Shown: positions 15,449 through 24,057 of the stretch, one piece after another
Layout of the letters: each line of letters opens with the position of its first letter
Numbering within the stretch: position 1 is the stretch's first letter
From: a virus
Lineage: Duplodnaviria > Caudoviricetes
Virus record (IMG/VR): IMGVR_UViG_3300006030_000083
Span: 1 to 27,734 of that record
DNA length: 27,734 nt
Direction: 5' to 3' (one strand)
Made by a program: the position numbers and the translations under genes
The notes under the pieces: generated by a model
Seen by the model: only the letters and a program-made list of their open reading frames with translations
Database searches by the model: none
What the model was told of the DNA's origin: nothing

Positions 15449-16404
15449 GATTTGCGCTCCATATCTGCTTCACACATCTCCCGGACGAGTTCTTTGAAAG
15501 TGGTACGAGGGCTCCAGCCGAGTTCGCGGCGGGCTTTGAGGTAGTCGGCGCAGAGGTCAGGCACTTCGGCGGGCCTCATGTAGCGGGAGTCTGACCTCAC
15601 GAAATCCCAGACATTAGAGAAGCCTAGACACTTACCAGCTTCCTCGACGAACTCACGGACAGAGTGTTGCTCCCCGGTGCCGATGACATAATCATCCGGC
15701 TTTTCCCTCTGGAGCATCAGCCACATGGCCTCCACGAAATCCCGGGCGTGTCCCCAATCCCGCAAAGCGTCAAGGTTCCCGAGGACGAGTTCCTTCTGCT
15801 CACCCCGCTTGATGGCGGCTAGGCCCCTGGTGATCTTGCGGGTAACGAAAGTCACCCCCCTGCGGCTGCTCTCGTGATTGAATAGAATCCCGTTAGAAAT
15901 GAACATCCCATACCCTTGCCGATAGGTCCGGGTGATGTGGTAGGCGTAGACCTTGGCCGCTCCGTAAGGGCTTACAGGTAAAAGCGGCGTCTCCTCGTTC
16001 TGAGGGCTTGGGGCAATACCGAACATCTCAGAGGTAGAGGCTTGGTAGACCTTAGGGTGTATACCTAAAATCCTGATTGCCTCAAGCAGTCTAAGCGTCC
16101 CAACGGCGTCTACCTGTGCTGTGTACTCAGGATTTTCAAAGCTCACCATCACATGGGATTGCGCCCCGAGGGCGTAAATCTCATCCGGCCGCACTAACGA
16201 TAGAATCCGGGTGATGGAGGTCCCGTCCGTCATATCCCCGTAGTGGAGTCTTAGCCTATCGAAGATGTGATCTATGCGGGAGGTGTTGAGAGATGAGGAC
16301 CGACGAACGATGCCGTGGACCTCGTAGCCCTTATGGAGGAGGAGTTCTGCCAGGTAGGATCCGTCTTGCCCAGTAATCCCGGTTACGAGCGCGATCTTCC
16401 CCAT
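15445..16404 (-). CDS. gmd: GDP-mannose 4,6-dehydratase
   Basis: [61 protein letters not shown]. Confidence 0.95.
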   Translation of the reverse strand: MGKIALVTGITGQDGSYLAELLLHKGYEVHGIVRRSSSLNTSRIDHIFDRLRLHYGDMTDGTSITRILSLVRPDEIYALGAQSHVMVSFENPEYTAQVDAVGTLRLLEAIRILGIHPKVYQASTSEMFGIAPSPQNEETPLLPVSPYGAAKVYAYHITRTYRQGYGMFISNGILFNHESSRRGVTFVTRKITRGLAAIKRGEQKELVLGNLDALRDWGHARDFVEAMWLMLQREKPDDYVIGTGEQHSVREFVEEAGKCLGFSNVWDFVRSDSRYMRPAEVPDLCADYLKARRELGWSPRTTFKELVREMCEADMERKS

Positions 16405-16437
16405 GCCTAAAGCCCTACCACCACACCGGAGGGCGCG

Positions 16438-17235
16438 TCAAGCAAATCTCCAGGCGTCTTTAACAAATCGTCCAGTACACCACCGCTGGCAGTCGTTACA
16501 GGAGAAGCGGGCGCGGCGGGTTTGTCCCATCAGGGAAACACCAGACCGGCGGACGACTTTCTTAGATCCGCAATTCGGGCAACACTCTCTCCCCTCAAAG
16601 GCGGCTAGGTTGGGGTGGTTGGTCATCCATGGGAGGGTTTCGAAGTAGAGGCTCTTGAGCCTGAGGACATCCCGAGCGTTGTATTTCTCCATCGTGCGCC
16701 ACGCCGCTGCGTCCCCAGCCATGCATTCAAGCCAGAGTTTGAATCCCCCTGTCTCCATCTTTCCGCCTAAACCAAGGAGTTCGCAGGCGTCTCCAAGTTT
16801 GTTTGAGTTGAAGCGAAACCGCCGTTTTAAGACTTCCAGAGTGTCTACCAGCTTGTGGGGAGGCGGTGGGGGCAGGCCATTGGTGACAAACGCTGTATTC
16901 GCCTCTTTGTCGTCGAACTTCTTGATATTGTGGCCGACGACGATATCAGCCTTTGACACTTGCTCGTGAAGGGCTTCCGCTAGTTCTCTGGTGTCAAACC
17001 GATCCCGCTTGTAGGTCCGAAACATCGGCAGGGAAAGGACATTGATTTTATTCTCCCCCAACCAATTCCAGGCGAAGGATGCCAGGCTTCTTTCCCTGAC
17101 GAAAGAGAGGACATCTTGCTCGTAGCGTCCCCAGATGTAGCCGAGATTCGGGAACATCTCGACATCCAGGAACAGGATTTTTGCTGAATTTGCCGCAGTT
17201 TCCGTCCTTACGGACTTCGTTTTAGTTGCGGGCAT
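16438..17235 (-). CDS. RNase H-fold (DEDDy) 3'-5' exonuclease-like protein with C-terminal Zn ribbon
   Basis: LFLDVE, VGHNIKKFD, VDTL, YNARDV; CPNCGS...CNDC. Confidence 0.78.
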   Translation of the reverse strand: MPATKTKSVRTETAANSAKILFLDVEMFPNLGYIWGRYEQDVLSFVRERSLASFAWNWLGENKINVLSLPMFRTYKRDRFDTRELAEALHEQVSKADIVVGHNIKKFDDKEANTAFVTNGLPPPPPHKLVDTLEVLKRRFRFNSNKLGDACELLGLGGKMETGGFKLWLECMAGDAAAWRTMEKYNARDVLRLKSLYFETLPWMTNHPNLAAFEGRECCPNCGSKKVVRRSGVSLMGQTRRARFSCNDCQRWCTGRFVKDAWRFA

Positions 17236-17245
17236 GGGCTCCTAG

Positions 17246-17392
17246 TTACTCGTCAGACTGCACCTCTAGCTTGTAAGTCTTGCCGCACTTGGGACAGGTG
17301 ATGTTCCATTCCTCGTCATCGGAGATGACCCAGATAACCTCTCCGGGGCAGTCCTCAATCTGGCAGACGATGAATAGAAATTCGTGCGCCAC
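17246..17392 (-). CDS. Small acidic zinc-ribbon protein
   Basis: CQIEDC...TCPKCGK. Confidence 0.5.
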   Translation of the reverse strand: MAHEFLFIVCQIEDCPGEVIWVISDDEEWNITCPKCGKTYKLEVQSDE

Positions 17393-17394
17393 AT

Positions 17395-17625
17395 CTAGGC
17401 AGGCTTGCTCTCTGCCGCCTTCTCGGCGTGTTTGTCCCGCCATTCCTTGATCGCGGTGTAGGCCATGTTGGCCCCAGCAATCAGGTAGGCGCTCAGTTCG
17501 TTCGGGTCAACCTGTACTCCGTTAGCCGCCAAGTGACCAGCGATGACGGCGGCCAGCGAGACGGCACCACGGGCCACGATGCGCCCCGCCAGCTTGCCGA
17601 ATAGAAACTCCTTGATCTTGTTCAT
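17395..17625 (-). CDS. Putative holin
   Basis: 76 aa, two hydrophobic helices, charged C-terminus; ATGA-coupled to the endolysin. Confidence 0.6.
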   Translation of the reverse strand: MNKIKEFLFGKLAGRIVARGAVSLAAVIAGHLAANGVQVDPNELSAYLIAGANMAYTAIKEWRDKHAEKAAESKPA

Positions 17626-18167
17626 GCTTTCTCCTGGACATCTGGTATGTGCGCGTAAAATTCCGGCTTCTGGATGAAGGCCCAATTAGCCGCCATCTTC
17701 CCGTTTCTCTTTCCGACATTGGCGATCCTGGGCGCGTTGCACCGCCATTTCCCGGAGTAGACGACCGTCCCAGGTATGACGACGGCCACATGACCATGCT
17801 CATCGCCTTTCTGGGCGGCAATGACCATTCTCCCGTCGTTTGCCAGCCTTTGAGCTGCTTCTGGGTCTACTAGCGCGAAATCCACGGCCCCCCGCATCCT
17901 GTCGTAAATCTGATTCGCCATCATGTTCATGAAGCCCTTATAGCCCCACACCTCCCGGCAGATGAAATCGGCCCCGATGTTGCAGTAGGTTTCGACAATC
18001 TCACCCTGATAATCCACCTTTGGCTCAAAGTCTTTGACGGCTTCGTCGGACGCCTTCTCCAACCTAGCGAGGATTTCATCTTTGCTCATGGAGTTATAGA
18101 AGGACCCGAGAGGGATTGAGATGGATACTCCACGCCGGAACAGGCCCAGGAGCCATGTAGGGAGCAT
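17622..18167 (-). CDS. Putative endolysin, NlpC/P60-CHAP-type peptidoglycan hydrolase
   Basis: TYCN and HGHVAVV give a Cys-His dyad; located between small membrane proteins. Confidence 0.65.
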   Translation of the reverse strand: MLPTWLLGLFRRGVSISIPLGSFYNSMSKDEILARLEKASDEAVKDFEPKVDYQGEIVETYCNIGADFICREVWGYKGFMNMMANQIYDRMRGAVDFALVDPEAAQRLANDGRMVIAAQKGDEHGHVAVVIPGTVVYSGKWRCNAPRIANVGKRNGKMAANWAFIQKPEFYAHIPDVQEKA

Positions 18168-18374
18168 TCATTTCCCGTTCCCGAACTTGAGCCAGCCGAT
18201 AGCCGCCGCCCCGATACCGCCAATCCAATAACACCACTCCTCAAGGGCTCTGATCTTGTGGGCGTGGGCGTCTAACCGCTTTTCGGTCACTTGATGGCGC
18301 TCGTCCATCTTCTTGTCCATGTTCTGAGTCCGCTCGTCCATTCTGAAAATGCGCTCTCTCAGTTCATCGTCCAT
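18168..18374 (-). CDS. XhlA/haemolysin-like lysis protein
   Basis: Coiled coil followed by a single C-terminal TM (WIGGIGAAAIGWL), upstream of the endolysin. Confidence 0.55.
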   Translation of the reverse strand: MDDELRERIFRMDERTQNMDKKMDERHQVTEKRLDAHAHKIRALEEWCYWIGGIGAAAIGWLKFGNGK

Positions 18375-18407
18375 GATTAAGGCTCCTGTATGGGGCTCTG
18401 TGGCAGA

Positions 18408-18866
18408 CTAGACAGCATTTAAGTGGGCGAACTCCCCGAATGTTGAAAGTGCGGCCCGGTTGTAGGCCAGCAGAGCCTCCGTCATTCCGTCAAAGTATCC
18501 GAGGTGTCTCTGCCGCCCGTCTTTGACGATGTAGGCCCTCCACCGCCCGGACCTCTTGTCCCAGGATGCTCCCTTGTGGCCGTTAAGGCGGCGCATATTG
18601 GCGGCGTTCTGTCCCTGGGTGCAAACCCTTAGATTGGATCTCCGGTTGTCCAGCGTATCTCCGTTTATGTGGTCCACACTTTTCCCGGCAGGCGCAGAGG
18701 TCAGGAAACGGTGAAGGTAGACATACCGGACAGGATTGGGAATGCGGGCCCTGGCGTACCATTTCCGGCCCCGTCGAACCGCCTGCCAATTGTAGCGGGA
18801 CACCGCCTCACGGTCGGATTCATCCACCATTGCGATCATGTTGTAAGTCAGTTTTATTTGGGTCAT
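18408..18866 (-). CDS. HNH endonuclease with AP2 domain
   Basis: YLHRFL, VDHINGDTLDNRRSNLR, WRAYI...HLGYFD...AYNRAA..FGEFA. Confidence 0.9.
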   Translation of the reverse strand: MTQIKLTYNMIAMVDESDREAVSRYNWQAVRRGRKWYARARIPNPVRYVYLHRFLTSAPAGKSVDHINGDTLDNRRSNLRVCTQGQNAANMRRLNGHKGASWDKRSGRWRAYIVKDGRQRHLGYFDGMTEALLAYNRAALSTFGEFAHLNAV

Positions 18867-19237
18867 TTTCTGCACTCCTGTCCCTTAGGGGCTTTAGTCC
18901 CGGGCCAATCGGCGCAACGCGCCTCACCTTCATCAGCCCCGCCGCAATGGGCGGTTTCGTGCGGATCAGCTTTTGCCCCGTCGAAGTCATTAGCCAGGAA
19001 TTTCCAGCAAGTCTTAATTCTGCCGTTGCGGTGCTTCTTCACCCAGGCGCAGGCGTTCGAGTTCTGCCAAGGACGGCGGCAGACCCTGGGCAGGGCCTCT
19101 CTTGGGCAGACGGAGGTGATAATCCTAGCCCCGTTGATTCTGGCGTCCCCCAGGCGTTTGCAGGGCGCTGAACACCCGCAGAACATCAGCGAGGCCAGCC
19201 CAGCCAGGAGTATTGCGATGCCGATGGATCGGGTCAT
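18863..19237 (-). CDS. Putative Cys-rich lipoprotein with HExxH
   Basis: Signal-like MTRSIGIAILLAGLASLMFCG-C; PHETAHC. Confidence 0.5.
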   Translation of the reverse strand: MTRSIGIAILLAGLASLMFCGCSAPCKRLGDARINGARIITSVCPREALPRVCRRPWQNSNACAWVKKHRNGRIKTCWKFLANDFDGAKADPHETAHCGGADEGEARCADWPGTKAPKGQECRK

Positions 19238-22227
19238 GGCGTCCTCATCCCGGTATCAACCGCTGTTCCGCAATCAGACGAAACAGAAGTTAACTGACCG
19301 GCTCTGAGCGCCCCTGCCACGGAACAGCGGTAAATTATGGTCGTGCCTTCTCCGAAATAGGCGCTACTCAGACCTCCGTTTTGGTCAACCTTCAACGGAC
19401 ACTTCTTGTTTGCGGTGTCGCCGCGAGTGCAGAGCGTTATAGCCGAACCCGCCGCGTCCTGCATATTGTTTATTTCCATGCTGCCAGTAGCACCGTTCAG
19501 GTCAAAGCGCGTCTCAAATCCAGAGGTAAGCCCTAGCTTAAAACTCCCATTAGCGTTGCCAGCCCCGCCTCTAGCACTGAATCCGTATATGACGGCCTGG
19601 GATGATGTGGTGTTTGAAAAAGAATGAAGACCGCTCGATGTTGGGGTAACTAGGTTGAGGCTGTTCGCCAGCTTCGGGCTAGTGACGGCCTGCGCCTGAA
19701 TTTTGACCGTTGTGATAGCGTCTGCCAGAATCTTTGCCGTCTGTACGGCGTTGTCCGCAATCTTCTGCGCCGTGATCGCGCCATCAATGATCTTGGAAGT
19801 CTCAACGGCGTTGGAGATGATCTTCGCGGCGGTCACAGCGTCGGCTAGAATCTTCTGGGTTTGGACTGCGCCCTGTCCAATCTTGTTGGTATCAACCGCG
19901 CCTGCGGAGATGGAAGCGGCTAGGACAGCATCCGTTCCGAGCTTGGCAGTCTGAACAGCCGCCGCCGCAATTTTCTGAGCAGTGATCGCTCCATCTGCCA
20001 GCTTTGAAGTCTCTACAGCCCCGGAGAGAATCTTGATTGCGATAACCGAGTCTGTAGCCAGCTTGGCCGTCTGGATTGACCCGTCGGCGATGGTGGCCGA
20101 CTGATTCGACCACACAACCTTGGAGCCGTTGTAGGAGATGACCTGTCCCGAGGTTGCTCCGGTCCCGGCGATCTTGTCGGTGTCAACCGAGTAAGAAGCG
20201 ATCTTCTTGGTGTCCACGGCCCCGGCCAGGATGGAGGCTGACAGGACTGAATCGGTCCCGAGCTTGGCTGACTGGACAGCGGCGGCGGCGATCTTTTGAG
20301 CCGTGATAGAACCGTCAGCGATCTTGGATGTCTGCACCGCCCCGGACTGAATCTTCGCCGCTATTACGGCGTCATTGCCTAGCTTGATGGTCTGGACCGC
20401 GCCATCCACGAGCTTTGCGGTCTGGATCGCGGAGTCCGCCACCTTCTGAGCGGTGACCACTCCGTCAGCGAGCTTAGAGGTGTCTACGGCACCTTCAAGG
20501 ATGGCGGCGGTATTCACGGCGTCCGCGCCCAGCTTGGAAGTCTGGATGGAGCCGTCTAGAATGGCGGTCACCGTCACGCTATCGGTCCCCAGCTTTGCAG
20601 TTTGGACTGCGGAAGACGCGATCTTCTGCGCGGTCACGGCTCCGTCGGCTAACTTTGAGGTTTCGACTGCCCCGGAGATGATCTTTGCCGCTATCACCGA
20701 GTCACTAGCGAGCTTGGCGGTCTGAACAGATCCATCAGCGATGGTCCCTCCGCTGGTGTCGTCGTCCCAGACCACCTTTCCGCTTCTGATCTTAGCCACC
20801 TGACCCTCGTTCCCTCCGGGGTAGAGCTTCCCAGTCTCAACAGAGTAGGCGGCGATCTTGGCGGTCTGGACGGAAGAATCAGCCAGCTTTTGAGCCGTAA
20901 CCGCGCCGTCGGCTAGTTTGGAGGTTTCAACAGCACCGCTAAGAATCTTCGCGGCGATCACCGCATCAGCCGCCAGTTTTGCGGTTTCGACGGAACCGGC
21001 AGCTAGGGCCGCCGCAGGGATATTGGTTAAATGGGCTCCATCCCCCCAAAAGGAGGAGGCAGTAGCAGAGCCGGGAAAGACCGCGCTATTGGAGGTGATC
21101 GTGGTCGTGGAGTTCCCCACCTCGATAGCCAAACCTCCCCCTGCATCAGCATGGAAGGTGTACCAGAAAGATCCGTAATCGTCTTTGTAGACATCGTTTG
21201 CGGTGAGGTTCCAGGTCCAGGCGGAAGTGCGCCTAACCCTCGCCCTCCTCCCGCCGACAAACGAATACTCCAAGGTCCCTAGCCCACCAGAGCCAGAGGG
21301 AATTGACAGGTTGTAGCCGATGCCGTGGTTGTAGTTTCCGACGATGGTGATATTCTCGCCAGCGGCTAACCCCGAGGTCACGGCGTTTGAGTTATTGGTC
21401 CCGAGGCAAGACGAGTAGAAGCCGCTGCAAGTGTTCCCGGTCCCGGCGGCAAAGCCGTAATAGTCCCCGCCGACGGTTCCAACGCTATTATTCCAACCAA
21501 GGCAGACGGAGCCAGTCCCTTTACAGTTATTCCCACCACCTAGGGCTACGGTGTCGTTTCCGTTGCAGACATTCCCGCGTCCAATGCAGGTTTGGTGAAG
21601 GTAGGGCGAGGTAACGGCACTCGTCCAACTCCAAAGGTTGTTGTTAACTGAGTCGTAGTGAAGCTGGCCCGAGGTCATCTTCGTCCAACTCAGGTCTGAG
21701 GCCAGAATCTTAGCCGCACTCACCGCATCGTTGCCGAGTTTCGCGGTTTGGATAGCGGAATCGGACACCTTCTGCTCGGTGACTGAGCCGTCAGCCAACT
21801 TGGAGGTTTCGACGGCTCCGCTACGGATCTTTGCGGAGATGACTGAATCAGAACCAAGTTTAGAGGTCTGGGCGGCGGCGTCTGTGATCTTCTGGAAGGT
21901 GACGGCACCGTCCGCCAGTTTTGATGTCTCAATCGCCCCGGAGATGACTTTAACCGCCGTCACCGCATCGGTCCCCAACTTCCCGGTATCCACCACACCG
22001 GCTAATGAGGAGATGGAGGAAACCGCCGTTGTAGAACGGGTGCCATCCGCCCATTCAATCCCCGATTCCGAGGTCAGGAAGGTGATCGAACCCCTCTTAT
22101 TCTCAAAAGAGGTGGTGGTGGGACGCCCGCCCCGGAGTTCTTCGACCAGAACCTCCAGGCGGTCTACTCTCTGCTTGACCCCCTGGGAGTGGGCAAAGAC
22201 TACAAGACCTAGAAGTAAACTAAGCAA
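19234..22227 (-). CDS. Tail fibre/receptor-binding protein with 10-aa VxxxKIADGA-type repeats and a YadA-head-like middle
   Basis: Dozens of V-x-T/A-x-K-L/I-x-x-x-A/S units, GQV...W knuckles and small-residue beta-roll repeats; follows the ejection proteins. Confidence 0.8.
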   Translation of the reverse strand: MLSLLLGLVVFAHSQGVKQRVDRLEVLVEELRGGRPTTTSFENKRGSITFLTSESGIEWADGTRSTTAVSSISSLAGVVDTGKLGTDAVTAVKVISGAIETSKLADGAVTFQKITDAAAQTSKLGSDSVISAKIRSGAVETSKLADGSVTEQKVSDSAIQTAKLGNDAVSAAKILASDLSWTKMTSGQLHYDSVNNNLWSWTSAVTSPYLHQTCIGRGNVCNGNDTVALGGGNNCKGTGSVCLGWNNSVGTVGGDYYGFAAGTGNTCSGFYSSCLGTNNSNAVTSGLAAGENITIVGNYNHGIGYNLSIPSGSGGLGTLEYSFVGGRRARVRRTSAWTWNLTANDVYKDDYGSFWYTFHADAGGGLAIEVGNSTTTITSNSAVFPGSATASSFWGDGAHLTNIPAAALAAGSVETAKLAADAVIAAKILSGAVETSKLADGAVTAQKLADSSVQTAKIAAYSVETGKLYPGGNEGQVAKIRSGKVVWDDDTSGGTIADGSVQTAKLASDSVIAAKIISGAVETSKLADGAVTAQKIASSAVQTAKLGTDSVTVTAILDGSIQTSKLGADAVNTAAILEGAVDTSKLADGVVTAQKVADSAIQTAKLVDGAVQTIKLGNDAVIAAKIQSGAVQTSKIADGSITAQKIAAAAVQSAKLGTDSVLSASILAGAVDTKKIASYSVDTDKIAGTGATSGQVISYNGSKVVWSNQSATIADGSIQTAKLATDSVIAIKILSGAVETSKLADGAITAQKIAAAAVQTAKLGTDAVLAASISAGAVDTNKIGQGAVQTQKILADAVTAAKIISNAVETSKIIDGAITAQKIADNAVQTAKILADAITTVKIQAQAVTSPKLANSLNLVTPTSSGLHSFSNTTSSQAVIYGFSARGGAGNANGSFKLGLTSGFETRFDLNGATGSMEINNMQDAAGSAITLCTRGDTANKKCPLKVDQNGGLSSAYFGEGTTIIYRCSVAGALRAGQLTSVSSDCGTAVDTGMRTP
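19663..20991 (-). repeat. Coding tandem repeat, 30-bp unit with 120-bp super-period
   Basis: [VQTAKLGxDA][VxAAKILSGA][VETSKLADGA][VTAQKIADSA] reiterated; a second block lies at ~21694-21993. Confidence 0.85.
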
Positions 22228-22236
22228 GATTGGGCC

Positions 22237-22264
22237 TTGACGGTATGAGGATTTGGGCTACAAT
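22237..22264 (+). promoter_or_regulatory. Sigma70-type promoter for the plus-strand moron
   Basis: TTGACG -16 bp- TACAAT, then GGAGG SD and ATG 22281. Confidence 0.65.
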
Positions 22265-22280
22265 GGGAGGGGTGGGGAAA

Positions 22281-22436
22281 ATGGCGGCAGAGGCTGGGCT
22301 GCGGGTGGCATTCTTCGTCTTCGCCTTTTCCCTCTGCCGTGCCACATTCCAGCATGACGACGGGACGGCTTCGTTTTTCATCGCCATTGGGAGTGCCATT
22401 TTCATTTATCCGATCCTGAAGAAATGGGCGAACTAA
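22281..22436 (+). CDS. Small two-TM membrane protein (moron; possible superinfection exclusion)
   Basis: MAAEAGLRVAFFVFAFSLCRATFQHDDGTASFFIAIGSAIFIYPILKKWAN; own promoter, opposite strand. Confidence 0.55.
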   Translation: MAAEAGLRVAFFVFAFSLCRATFQHDDGTASFFIAIGSAIFIYPILKKWAN

Positions 22437-22579
22437 CTACAACGGTTTTGGGAAACAAGTTACTAGCAAGCACGATTATTTTCATTGCCTACTATCTGTT
22501 CCGGCGTTGGTGTGCCTACGAGGACGCCATGACTGATAAGGAGCGTTCTCATCGTGCCGGGGCCGGGGAAACTCGGTAG
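22424..22579 (+). CDS. Small single-TM protein
   Basis: MGELTTTVLGNKLLASTIIFIAYYLFRRWCAYEDA...; overlaps the previous stop. Confidence 0.4.
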   Translation: MGELTTTVLGNKLLASTIIFIAYYLFRRWCAYEDAMTDKERSHRAGAGETR

Positions 22580-24057
22580 AACCGCTGTAGTGGGCTCTGG
22601 GCGACAGCGCCAGCCGCCAAAGCCGGGGCTACGCTTGCGGCCATATCCCCAACCTGTGGAATAAGCCCACGAGCAGCCTGCGCCCCCATAAGGCCGTGAT
22701 AATAGGCTCTGGGTGAAACTGACGCCGCTCCCGCAATCATCCCAGGAAGTGCTAGAGGATTGATTAGAATAGATCCTGCCGCCTTTCCAGCAACATACCC
22801 GATCCCGGCCCCCATCCCAGTCTGCGGGAGGCTCCGGACGACAGGCGTGAACGCCTGGCCTGCTTGATAGCCAACCGCGTCACCGAGCGCATCCGCCACT
22901 TCAGGGACCTGCTGCCCTACGCTCTCCAGTGTCTCTTTCGTCCCAGTTGACAGCGGGTTTTTGTAGGCCCTGTTCACATAGTTGATGAGGTCGTTAGAGT
23001 TGACGAGGCGGGAGGATTCATCCTCCAAAGCCTTACCGGCAGCATACGAGGCGTTGCCTTGCGCGACTTTCTCTAACTCTTGGCCAAGGAGCGTTCTAAC
23101 TTCGCCCTGGAGTTTCCCGAAGGCAACTCCGAGAGGCGTACCTCGATGCTGAGCGGCAAGACCGTTCAACTGTTTCTGAAATGCGTAGACCTGTTCTGCT
23201 GATGCGTTCTGCAAACCGTCCACCTGTCCGGCGAATTTCCAGAAAGTGCTATTGCCAGGGCTGCTTCTAAGTCCGGGAGTGTTCATTAGCCCATGCTCAT
23301 CTGCGATTTCAAGGACTCGCTGCCCAAGCCTTTCTTGGAGGTTGAAGGTTTTGCCGCCAGCCTCCGCGACTCCCTCCTTGACGAGAGGAGCGTAGGCGTT
23401 CTTTAGCCCAGTGACGGCGGTATTGATAGCGCCACGAGCTTTGGCGGCTATCGCATCCCCCACTTCTGGACCAGCCCCGATGAACTTGCCGGCGCGGTTA
23501 ACATTCTGGATGGCCCACTCGGGAACACCGCCAAGGTTCTTTGCGCCGTATTGCAGTGCGCCCTCTGCGGCGTCAACGACTTTCCCGCCAAGATAGCGAG
23601 TGCCAGCGGCTACATAGGGCGCGGCTTTCTCCACACCCTTAGGAATGAAATACTGAGCCGCCACCTGAGACATCGGTCCAGCCACGCCCCTTGGCTCTTT
23701 TGAGAAATGCGTAATCGCGGTCTGCCTGGCGGCTTCTGCCGCCGCCCCGCCGACCGGACCAGCCATCTCAAAACCAAGAATGGAAGGGATAGCCGCACCA
23801 ACCATCTCAGACTTGCTTTGGGGCTTGTCCATGATAAGTCCGCGGCCAACCCCCTGAACCACTCCGGACTTCTCAGTAGCGTCAAGGAATTTGACTAAGC
23901 CAAGGTTCCCGACTGGATTAAGCTGGGCCGGGTCAAACGGCCTATCCGTCGGCGTCGGGTCCTTTCCGTCTAGCAAGTCATCAAACCTATCCCGCGCCTG
24001 CGCTTTCGCGGGTTCCATCTTCCCGTCTAAAAGATCGTCGTATCTGTCGCGGGCCAT
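22549..24057 (-). CDS. Putative internal virion/DNA ejection protein
   Basis: Ala/Gly-rich helical protein with hydrophobic segments; third of a trio after the tail tubular protein. Confidence 0.6.
   Translation of the reverse strand: MARDRYDDLLDGKMEPAKAQARDRFDDLLDGKDPTPTDRPFDPAQLNPVGNLGLVKFLDATEKSGVVQGVGRGLIMDKPQSKSEMVGAAIPSILGFEMAGPVGGAAAEAARQTAITHFSKEPRGVAGPMSQVAAQYFIPKGVEKAAPYVAAGTRYLGGKVVDAAEGALQYGAKNLGGVPEWAIQNVNRAGKFIGAGPEVGDAIAAKARGAINTAVTGLKNAYAPLVKEGVAEAGGKTFNLQERLGQRVLEIADEHGLMNTPGLRSSPGNSTFWKFAGQVDGLQNASAEQVYAFQKQLNGLAAQHRGTPLGVAFGKLQGEVRTLLGQELEKVAQGNASYAAGKALEDESSRLVNSNDLINYVNRAYKNPLSTGTKETLESVGQQVPEVADALGDAVGYQAGQAFTPVVRSLPQTGMGAGIGYVAGKAAGSILINPLALPGMIAGAASVSPRAYYHGLMGAQAARGLIPQVGDMAASVAPALAAGAVAQSPLQRFYRVSPAPAR

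Noticed and set aside
19663-21993. Repeats as a possible CRISPR array or DGR template/variable repeat pair
   Set aside because: They are degenerate in-frame coding repeats without unique spacers or adenine-specific variation, and no cas or reverse transcriptase gene is present.
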